A stretch of 14,879 nucleotides of DNA from an uncultured Deinococcales bacterium (GCA_964244895.1 CAXTKV010000136.1:1-14879), one strand, 5' to 3'. Positions 8,513-14,807 are shown, counted from the first letter of the stretch. Notes: generated by a model not told the origin, from the letters alone. Numbers and translations are program-made.

Positions 8513-8541
8513 AAATTAGCACTTCATCGCGGCGGTGTCTA
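8513..8541 (-). promoter_or_regulatory. sigma70-type trp promoter
   Basis: TAGACA (8541-8536), 17-bp spacer, TAATTT (8518-8513) with extended TGn; 8 nt before the trpL ATG. Confidence 0.7.
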
Positions 8542-8563
8542 CGTTGGCCCGGTAAGTAGCGCA

Positions 8564-8588
8564 AAAACCTCGTCCCAGACGGTCTTCC
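8564..8588. repeat. Degenerate single copy of the 25-bp palindrome family
   Basis: AAAACCTCGT-CCCAG-ACGGTCTTCC. Confidence 0.55.
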
Positions 8589-8630
8589 TGAACGGAAAAC
8601 AATCTGGGGCGGGGTTTGGGGAAGTTTTGA

Positions 8631-8667
8631 CGCTCAGATCACCAGGGAGGGGGGAGCGACCTGAGCG
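8631..8667 (-). other. 12-bp hairpin with C/U-rich loop downstream of the secreted-protein gene
   Basis: Minus strand CGCTCAGGTCGC pairs with GTGATCTGAGCG (two G-U pairs that work only on this strand); loop TCCCCCCTCCCTG; no immediate U tract. Confidence 0.55.
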
Positions 8668-8677
8668 AGAGGAGAGG

Positions 8678-8746
8678 TCTGACTTGACTTCGACAAAGGG
8701 TCTCTGAGTTGACCTCGGCAAAGGCGGTCTTTTACTTGACTTCGAC
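8678..8746. repeat. Imperfect tandem repeat (25-28 bp period) duplicating the 3' end of the secreted-protein gene
   Basis: TCTGACTTGACTTCGACAAAGG (8678-8699), TCTGAGTTGACCTCGGCAAAGG (8703-8724), TTTACTTGACTTCGAC (8731-8746, encoding VEVK-stop). Confidence 0.7.
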
Positions 8747-9220
8747 GCTCGCGCCGAAGTTGATGACATTGCCGGTGCTGGCGTTCTCGATCTGGAACTG
8801 GACGCCGTGCGTACCCGCTGCTGCACCGTTTTCCTTGACGGCGATCTCGAGCTGGAGGGTCTTGAGGTTTCCGTCGCGCACCAGCTTGACCTTCTCGAGC
8901 GTGAAGCTCAGGCCCTCGGGAGCGTTCAGGACGCTCAGGCTGACGGTGTTATCCATCAGGCTGCCATCGGCGGTCACGCTGGGCGTCTGGATGCCGAAGA
9001 AGCTCGCGGCGGGCAGACTGATGATGGTCGAGTTCGTGTCGGTATCGTAAGCGTTGACCACGGTGCCGTCCGCGGCCAGGTTGATCCAACCGTAGGTGGT
9101 AGCCGGGTCGAGTTGCGTCGGGTACGGGGCGGCCAGGCTGGCTGCGCCGAAGGCGAGCGTGGTGGCGACGAGGGCGGAGGCGATGGTGCGGCTGACAACC
9201 TGAGGAATACGTGCAATCAT
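8732..9220 (-). CDS. Secreted hypothetical protein (signal peptide, beta-rich mature part)
   Basis: SD GAGGT upstream; N-terminus MIARIPQVVSRTIASALVATTLAFGAASLA-APYP resembles a Sec signal peptide; strongly G/C-ending codons. Confidence 0.8.
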   Translation of the reverse strand: MIARIPQVVSRTIASALVATTLAFGAASLAAPYPTQLDPATTYGWINLAADGTVVNAYDTDTNSTIISLPAASFFGIQTPSVTADGSLMDNTVSLSVLNAPEGLSFTLEKVKLVRDGNLKTLQLEIAVKENGAAAGTHGVQFQIENASTGNVINFGASVEVK

Positions 9221-9700
9221 GGTCTTACCTCTTTCTGGGGGTGAGCGCGGGGTGTGCTTGGCGGCGATCCCGCGCTCTGCGTTTGGCTCGTGAATGGGTT
9301 GCGAATAACCTCATTGCATCTTTAAGTGGTTTCGATGGACTCCAATTGATCCCCCTTGTGGTGAACTCGAGTTCTTCTGGCTCGAGTGCTTTGTTATGTG
9401 AAGTATATTCGGGTTCGCGTGTGGATTTGCCGGAGGTTCTGAGAACGTTTGGTGAATTTGTTTTTCCGTTCGGCTTGCTCGATCTGGGTCCTGTTTCCTG
9501 TCAAATGCGGCCTTCTGTGGCCTGAGTCACTCGACTTCTGGAATCCTCGCCCGCTCGCGTGAAGGCTTTTCGAAGATTGCTCGAAGTTTCCGGGAATAAC
9601 TGCCGAGGTCGGTTTTCTGCGAATTCCATGCTGACAACTTGTTTGTTGTCGTGCAGGTATTGAATCACGCGTTTGATCGGGTGTCCTCGTACCAAAGGCT

Positions 9701-9804
9701 CGATTCGTGCGTTCGTATTGAAATCCCGATTCGTTTTCTCGAGTCGAAGTCCGATTCGTTTTCTCGAGTCGAAGTCCGATTCGTGTCTTCGTGCCGAAGT
9801 CCGA
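9701..9804. repeat. 25-bp tandem repeat, about 4 copies
   Basis: CCGATTCGTTTTCTCGAGTCGAAGT at 9726-9750 and 9751-9775 (identical), CCGATTCGTGTCTTCGTGCCGAAGT at 9776-9800, degenerate CGATTCGTGCGTTCGTATTGAAATC at 9701-9725. Confidence 0.85.
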
Positions 9805-9819
9805 CCCATGCGGGCACGT

Positions 9820-9847
9820 AGACTCGAGCCATGAGACTCGAGCCATG
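9820..9847 (+). repeat. 14-bp tandem duplication spanning a start codon
   Basis: AGACTCGAGCCATG at 9820-9833 and 9834-9847; TAGACT (9819-9824) lies 6 nt before the first ATG. Confidence 0.85.
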
Positions 9848-10627
9848 ATCCCGGCGCGTGTGGTCAGCTTGACTTCGAGCAACACGGAAATTCTGGCGGT
9901 GCTCGGGCTGGGTCAACGCCTGGTGGCTTGCGATTCCAATTCCGACTGGCCCATGAAACTGGTGGCGCGTCTGCCCAGGCTGGGGCCGGATCTGAGCATC
10001 GATCTGGACGCGTTGGAAAGACTGGAACCCGATCTGGTGCTCTCGAGCCTTTCGGTTCCCGGTATGGAACGCGTGGTGGATGGCGTGGCGGCGCGCGGCT
10101 TGAAGCAGGTCACGCTCGATCCGGTTTCGTGGGATGACGTTTTGCAAAACCTGCTGGACGTGGCGCGCGAACTCGGCGTACCCGAGCGCGGTCAGACCGT
10201 GGTGAACGGCATGCGATCTCGGGTGCTCGAGCTGCGGGCGGGGTTGCCAGTGTTTGCGCGAGCCCCGCGCGTGATGGTCGAATGGTGGCCGAAACCCGCG
10301 ATCGCTGCCGCGCGCCGAAGTTGGGTGACGGGCATGCTCGAGGCGCTGGGCGCGGTCAACGCGTTCTCGCACGTCGACCAGCGTTCGGCTTCGTTCACGG
10401 CATTGGATGCCCTCGAGGCCGCACCGGACGCGATCACCTGTTCGTGGTGCGGCGTCAGAAAACTTCGACCCGAAGTGATCCTGAATCGCGCAGGTTGGGA
10501 ACGCGTTCCGGCGGTGCTGAACGGCATGGTTTTCGCCGTGCCGGAATCCGGTCTGGGTCGTCCGGGGCCGCGTTTGCTCGAGGGTTTCGAGGCGCTCACC
10601 GGAATGCTGCGCTCGGTGCGCGTGTGA
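9845..10627 (+). CDS. Helical-backbone substrate-binding protein (BtuF/cobalamin-binding-like), no signal peptide
   Basis: PARVVSLTSSNTEILAVLGLGQRLVACD..SDWP, LEPDLVL, W..VPAVLNG.VF, RPGPRLLEG are typical of the BtuF/Fe-siderophore binding family; start at ATG 9845. Confidence 0.85.
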   Translation: MIPARVVSLTSSNTEILAVLGLGQRLVACDSNSDWPMKLVARLPRLGPDLSIDLDALERLEPDLVLSSLSVPGMERVVDGVAARGLKQVTLDPVSWDDVLQNLLDVARELGVPERGQTVVNGMRSRVLELRAGLPVFARAPRVMVEWWPKPAIAAARRSWVTGMLEALGAVNAFSHVDQRSASFTALDALEAAPDAITCSWCGVRKLRPEVILNRAGWERVPAVLNGMVFAVPESGLGRPGPRLLEGFEALTGMLRSVRV

Positions 10628-11007
10628 GACCCATCTGGCGCACGGTGCTGGCGTCGTTGTTCATCGCGGCTGGCGCGCTGCATTTCGTCTCGCCGGGCTT
10701 TTTTGGGCGAATCGTTCCGCCGTTCGTGCCCTCGCCTCTCGGAGCGGTCTACGTCAGCGGACTGGCGGAAATCATCGGTGGCCTGGGATTGGTGATGGCT
10801 CGGACGCGACGGCTGGCGGGCGTGTGGTTGATCGCGCTTCTGATCGCGGTGTTTCCGGCCAATATCTACATGTCGCTCGAGCCGGATCGGTACGGGCTGC
10901 CCGCCTGGGTGCTGTACGCGCGTTTGCCGTTGCAGTTCGCGCTGATCGCGTGGGCGTGGTGGAGCTCTCGGGACGATACGACGCGAAGACCGTCCAGCAC
11001 GCAATAA
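10624..11007 (+). CDS. DoxX-like membrane protein
   Basis: GTG 10624 overlaps the upstream TGA; F..AGALHF, IVPP, SGLAEIIGGLGL, AVFPANIYM, RLPLQ are motifs of the DoxX-like (COG4270-type) family. Confidence 0.85.
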   Translation: MRPIWRTVLASLFIAAGALHFVSPGFFGRIVPPFVPSPLGAVYVSGLAEIIGGLGLVMARTRRLAGVWLIALLIAVFPANIYMSLEPDRYGLPAWVLYARLPLQFALIAWAWWSSRDDTTRRPSSTQ

Positions 11008-11043
11008 TCGCGTGTCAAAAAACATCGTCCAGCACGGTGTTCA
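10984..11043. repeat. 25-bp palindrome doublet (REP/BIME-like)
   Basis: CGAAGACCGT-CCAGC-ACGC (10984-11002, partial, inside the last DoxX codons) and AAAACATCGT-CCAGC-ACGGTGTTCA (11019-11043); 35-bp period. Confidence 0.8.
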
Positions 11044-11177
11044 AGAGATTGGCGCGGGAAGATTGCCGCTTCAATCGGGTGCGTTCCAGTCATCGGGATT
11101 CGCGCGTTCTCGAGCGACCACGCGCCTCACGGTGACTCTCGAGGTCGGCACGCCTCGAGCGTCGTAAAAAACCCAAC

Positions 11178-11204
11178 AAAAAAGGGCGCGATGTTCGCGC
11201 CCTT
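11178..11204 (-). terminator. Rho-independent terminator of the repeat-rich protein gene
   Basis: Inverted repeat AAGGGCGCG / CGCGCCCTT (11182-11204) running into a T tract on the minus strand, with a second T run at 11166-11171. Confidence 0.85.
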
Positions 11205-11226
11205 CAGAATTCCGTGCGGTGAAACC

Positions 11227-12219
11227 TCAGTCCTCTTCGCGGCGTTTGACTTCGACGCCACCGAAACCGTGATCCTTGCGGCGCCCGAAACCGCGCGGCT
11301 CGCTCGAGGTGCTGGATTCGGTCTTGGGTCGGTCGGTGCGCTCCGGTCGGGGCGGGAAGCTGCGCGCGGGAGCGCTGCCGCGCGAATCGTTGCCGCGCGA
11401 GTCCGAACGAACCGGGCCGCGCGAATCGCTTCCACGGTCGAAACCTTTCGAGAAGCCGCGCGAATCGTTGCCTCTGGAATCGTTGCCGCGCGAGTCCGAA
11501 CGGGCCGGGCCGCGATCCGATGGGCCTCTGGAATCGCTGCGCGGCGCAAAGGAACGTGGGCGCTCGCCACCGCGATCGGACGGGCCGCGCGAATCGCCGC
11601 GGGGTGCGAACGAACGCGGACGGTCGCCGCCCGCGCTCGAGCCGCCGCGATCCGATGGGCCGCGCGAATCGCTGCGGGGCGCAAACGAACGTGGGCGCTC
11701 GCCGGAATCCCGGTTGGGGCGGTCGCCACGCGGTTGGAAATCGCGCTTGGGACGGTCGTCTCGAGACTGGAAATCGCGTCGAGCTGGACGTTCCCGGCTC
11801 GCATCGGTTCGGGGACGGTCGTCGCGGCTCGCATCGGTTCGGGGGCGGTCGTCGCGGCTGGGTGCGCTGCGGTTGGCGTTGGAGCGCACCACGGCTTCGA
11901 TCCGGTCGAGCTTCTCGGCCAGGGTCGCCATGACGCGGGTCAGTTCTTCGATCTGTCCGGTCAGCACGCCGAGTTGAATTTCGACGCCGGAGGCATCGTC
12001 CAGGTCGTCCTCGTCGAATTCGTCCTCTCCGGCGGCCAAAGCAGTATTGGTCAGCGCGCCGCGCCCGACCGTCGCGGCGTTGGTCAGTTCGTCGTCTTGC
12101 AAGTCCGCTTCATCGGGCTCGAGCTGGACGGTTTCGACCTCGGGTGCAGCTTTCTTCTTGCGGGTGGTTTTCGTGGGCGCGGGCGTTCCGCTGTCCTCGG
12201 CTGTTTTCTTCCTGGGCAT
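11227..12219 (-). CDS. Hypothetical low-complexity protein: basic N-terminus, acidic tract, short coiled coil, long R/D/S/G/P repeat tail
   Basis: SD GAGGT before ATG 12219, TACAAT -10 at 12275-12280 and a terminator after the stop. Repeats SRDDRPRTDA x2, (E/D)RPRSFAPR(S/G)DSRGPSDRG x3, RSDSRGNDSRG x2, with synonymous differences between copies in this frame. Confidence 0.8.
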   Translation of the reverse strand: MPRKKTAEDSGTPAPTKTTRKKKAAPEVETVQLEPDEADLQDDELTNAATVGRGALTNTALAAGEDEFDEDDLDDASGVEIQLGVLTGQIEELTRVMATLAEKLDRIEAVVRSNANRSAPSRDDRPRTDASRDDRPRTDASRERPARRDFQSRDDRPKRDFQPRGDRPNRDSGERPRSFAPRSDSRGPSDRGGSSAGGDRPRSFAPRGDSRGPSDRGGERPRSFAPRSDSRGPSDRGPARSDSRGNDSRGNDSRGFSKGFDRGSDSRGPVRSDSRGNDSRGSAPARSFPPRPERTDRPKTESSTSSEPRGFGRRKDHGFGGVEVKRREED

Positions 12220-12274
12220 GTCGACCTCTTTTTCTCGTCACGCTGGTTGTTCCATACGCGAGGCGTAGCTTGCC

Positions 12275-12280
12275 ATTGTA
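12275..12280 (-). promoter_or_regulatory. Putative -10 box (TACAAT)
   Basis: Near-consensus -10 about 55 nt upstream of ATG 12219; no clear -35. Confidence 0.45.
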
Positions 12281-12324
12281 CTCCCTCGGTGTGAGCGGCT
12301 GGCTTTGAGTCGCAGGCACGCAAG

Positions 12325-12349
12325 AAAAGACTGTCCAGGACGGTCTTTC
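12325..12349. repeat. Single copy of the 25-bp palindrome family
   Basis: AAAAGACTGT-CCAGG-ACGGTCTTTC. Confidence 0.8.
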
Positions 12350-12401
12350 TGAAGGCTCGAGCGAGCCGTGCCTGACGGCGACTTCGTAACCGGGACGCTG
12401 C

Positions 12402-13370
12402 TTAAGGAATCTCGAGGCTGAGGGTTTCATATTCCGTCGCGGTTCGCGCCATGCCCAGAACGGGGTTCTCTGCGGCGTTCGGCATCAGGTTCAGGTTGGT
12501 CGCGATGCTCGAACGGCCCTGAAACTCGATCCCCAGGAACGTCCCGACCAGCATCGGGTTGATGACGTGGCGCGTGTTGGTGCGGCCCTGAACCCGCCTG
12601 ACTGGCCCTCGAGCCAGCCACTCGCGGCCTTCGATCAGGCTCGAGTCGGCGCTCCAGGGGCCGTCCCAGACGGCGGCGTTCGCGCTGGGTTGCACCAGAA
12701 TGTGCGTCCCCAGGGCGTCGGCGCGCTCCAGGGCGCGCTCGAAAAACGCATCGAAGCAGATCAGCGTCCCGAGCGTGCCCAACGGCGTGTGTGCCGCGTG
12801 CCAGGCTTCGGGTTTCATCCTGGACAGCCCGAGCGAGGATTCCAGCCCGCCCGTCAAATTGATTTTCCCGGTGCGCGACAGGATCTTCCCGCTCGGGGAA
12901 AACGTGTACGAGACGTTCTGCACCCGCCCACCCGCGATGTGCAGGCCGCGCGCCGCCTCGAGTTCAATTTGTGGCAAGAGCACCGACCCGCCGACGATGA
13001 AGCTGTTCGTGGCTCGCGCAGCACGCGAAAACGCCGCAGTGTACGCGTCGAAAATCGGGATGGCTCTGGGCAGGATCAAGCTGGAAATCCCGATGTTGCC
13101 GTGCCGCAACCCGAGCTGAATCGCTTGCGACCAGCGCTCGCGCGCCAGTTCCAGCACGGCGTCCCGAGCGCTCGCGGCCTGGGTGCGGCGCTCGAGAAAC
13201 ACCAACAACGGCAGCCCGATCATCTCCGGGAAGGCCACCAGCGCGGCTTGCAGCGGATCGCGCCCCTGAAGCGCGGCGTTCGTCTGCTCCAGAATCCAGT
13301 CCGCGAAGGCCGCACTGGTGCGGTACGCGTCCGGCTCGAGTTTCGTCTGTACGGCAGCCACGAATGCCAC
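12402..13370 (-). CDS. Carbon-nitrogen hydrolase (nitrilase superfamily)
   Basis: Catalytic triad motifs VAFPE (Glu), GKINL (Lys), LICFD (Cys); IVGGS and LVQPSAN. Confidence 0.88.
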   Translation of the reverse strand: MAFVAAVQTKLEPDAYRTSAAFADWILEQTNAALQGRDPLQAALVAFPEMIGLPLLVFLERRTQAASARDAVLELARERWSQAIQLGLRHGNIGISSLILPRAIPIFDAYTAAFSRAARATNSFIVGGSVLLPQIELEAARGLHIAGGRVQNVSYTFSPSGKILSRTGKINLTGGLESSLGLSRMKPEAWHAAHTPLGTLGTLICFDAFFERALERADALGTHILVQPSANAAVWDGPWSADSSLIEGREWLARGPVRRVQGRTNTRHVINPMLVGTFLGIEFQGRSSIATNLNLMPNAAENPVLGMARTATEYETLSLEIP

Positions 13371-13376
13371 GCCCCG

Positions 13377-13382
13377 AGTTTA
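13377..13382 (-). promoter_or_regulatory. Putative -10 box (TAAACT), leaderless transcript
   Basis: Minus strand reads TAAACT-CGGGGC-GTG. Confidence 0.6.
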
Positions 13383-13503
13383 CGCGGATGATTCAGAACA
13401 CCGTTCGGTGCGCGCGACGCTGCCCCGGTTTTGGCAATCATTCAGCGCATTTTTGAGCGTTCCGGCGCTCGCTCGAGTATCCTGATTCAACCCAGGCTCG
13501 AGC

Positions 13504-13553
13504 GGAACACCGTGCGGCACGCGTCGTAAACACTGCGTTCTGGACGGTGCTCT
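13504..13553. repeat. Two abutting partial copies of the 25-bp palindrome family
   Basis: GGAACACCGT-GCGGC-ACGC (13504-13522) and GCGT-TCTGG-ACGGTGCTCT (13535-13553); another half-site AGAACACCGT at 13395-13404. Confidence 0.7.
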
Positions 13554-13566
13554 TGAAGGAGAACCC

Positions 13567-14721
13567 ATGAACGCCCTGCGATTGTTGGCCGACTGGCAAC
13601 CGAAAGATTCGTACAAACCGAGCCCACTCGAGGAACGCACGCGGAGAGTCACGTCGGGATCGCAGGTCTGGAAGAATCCGCGCCTCGAACTCGGAATCGT
13701 GCCCGACCCGGTGATTGAGCCAAACGAAGTGTTGGTGCAGGTCGAGGCGGTCGGCATCTGCGGCTCGGACATGCACATGTACGAATCGGATCGGGACGCT
13801 TACATGCTTTATCCCGGATTGACGCGCTTCCCGAACATTCTCGGGCACGAGTTCGCTGGCCGCGTGGTGGAGGTCGGCAAGGGCGTCAAGGGGCTCGAGG
13901 TCGGCGATCCGGTAGCCGCCGAGGAAGTCAACTGGTGCGGCGTCTGCGACGCCTGCCGTCGCGGGTTGGTCAACCACTGCACCAGCATGGAAGAGATCGG
14001 TTTCACCACCCCCGGCGCGATGGCGCAATACATTGCGGTCGGAGCCAAGTACTGCTGGAAGCTGACCGAACTGGCCGAACGCATCGGTGAGCCCGAAGCG
14101 ATGGTGCTGGGCGCGATGGTCGAACCGACCGGGGTGAGCTACCACGCGATGTTCAACCGCCTTTCCACCTGGAAACCCGGCGTCTACGCGGCGGTTTTCG
14201 GCGGCGGCCCGATCGGGTTGGCGGCCATCGCGCTGGCGCGGGCTGCCGGAGCCTCCCAGATCATCGCCTTCGATGTCAGTGAGCACCGCCTCGAGATGGC
14301 GCGCAAGCTCGGCGCGACGGCCACCATCAACCCAACGGGCATCGATCTGAACGACGCGATGCTCCAACTGACGCGCGGTCACGGCGCGGATTTCGTGGTC
14401 GAGGCGGCGGGCGCACCGCAGTACACGCTCAGTCCGCTGACGACGGGCTTGGCGGTCGGCGCGACCATCGCGCACATCGGGCGATCCGAGAAACCCACCT
14501 CGCTCGCGCTCGAGCACTACCAGGTGCGCGGCGTGCAACTCGCGGGTTCGCTCGGGCACGCGGGGCACGGCACGTTTCCGAACGTGATCCGCTTGATGGC
14601 CTCGGGTCGCTTGGACATGCGGGCGATGGTCAGCGCGAGGTTGCCCTTGTCGGACGCTATCGCCGCCTTCAAGCGCCTGGAATCCCGTCAGGACGCCAAG
14701 ATCATTTTGTTGCCAAATTGA
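13567..14721 (+). CDS. iolM: Zn-dependent medium-chain dehydrogenase, scyllo-inosose 3-dehydrogenase (IolM)-like
   Basis: GICGSD, GHE, structural-Zn CGVCDACRRGLVNHC, VEP, GGGPIG. The N-terminal extension (L.A.W.P...GS.VW..P) and the insert YMLYPGLT.FP resemble my recollection of Thermotoga IolM. SD GAAGGAG. Family is firm; the specific assignment is from memory. Confidence 0.8.
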   Translation: MNALRLLADWQPKDSYKPSPLEERTRRVTSGSQVWKNPRLELGIVPDPVIEPNEVLVQVEAVGICGSDMHMYESDRDAYMLYPGLTRFPNILGHEFAGRVVEVGKGVKGLEVGDPVAAEEVNWCGVCDACRRGLVNHCTSMEEIGFTTPGAMAQYIAVGAKYCWKLTELAERIGEPEAMVLGAMVEPTGVSYHAMFNRLSTWKPGVYAAVFGGGPIGLAAIALARAAGASQIIAFDVSEHRLEMARKLGATATINPTGIDLNDAMLQLTRGHGADFVVEAAGAPQYTLSPLTTGLAVGATIAHIGRSEKPTSLALEHYQVRGVQLAGSLGHAGHGTFPNVIRLMASGRLDMRAMVSARLPLSDAIAAFKRLESRQDAKIILLPN

Positions 14722-14782
14722 AGAAAACCGTCCCACACAGTGTTCTCGAGGTGCGCAAGAAGGCCGTCCAGGACGGTGTTCT
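14722..14782. repeat. 25-bp palindrome doublet (REP/BIME-like)
   Basis: AGAAAACCGT-CCCAC-ACAGTGTTCT (14722-14746) and AGAAGGCCGT-CCAGG-ACGGTGTTCT (14758-14782); 36-bp period; each runs into a CTCGAG. Confidence 0.85.
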
Positions 14783-14807
14783 CGAGATACGACTCCCGAG
14801 GTAAACG

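Noticed and set aside
9701..9804. CRISPR array interpretation of the tandem repeats or palindrome doublets
   Set aside because: Units abut directly or have only 10-11 nt spacers, at most two palindromes per locus, and no cas genes are present.
9221..9844. Cobalamin riboswitch upstream of the BtuF-like gene
   Set aside because: No B12-box or conserved core recognised, and the gene appears to start from a promoter at 9819, leaving no leader.
9394..9885. Minus-strand ORFs 9394-9885 and 9501-9809
   Set aside because: They cross the 25-bp tandem repeat (period not a multiple of 3), have atypical codon usage and no SD or motif; a decayed gene cannot be excluded without BLASTX.
10282..10623. N-terminal extension of the 10282-11007 ORF
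   Set aside because: Overlaps the BtuF-like gene out of frame; the DoxX-like sequence starts at GTG 10624.
11127..12294. Alternative ORFs over the repeat-rich gene (11191-12294 +, 11276-11977 +, 11127-11834 -)
   Set aside because: Stop-poor GC-rich repeats keep several frames open; only 11227-12219 has an SD, -10 box, terminator and synonymous variation between repeats.
13438..14736. 432-aa minus-strand ORF
   Set aside because: Antisense shadow of the Zn-dependent dehydrogenase.
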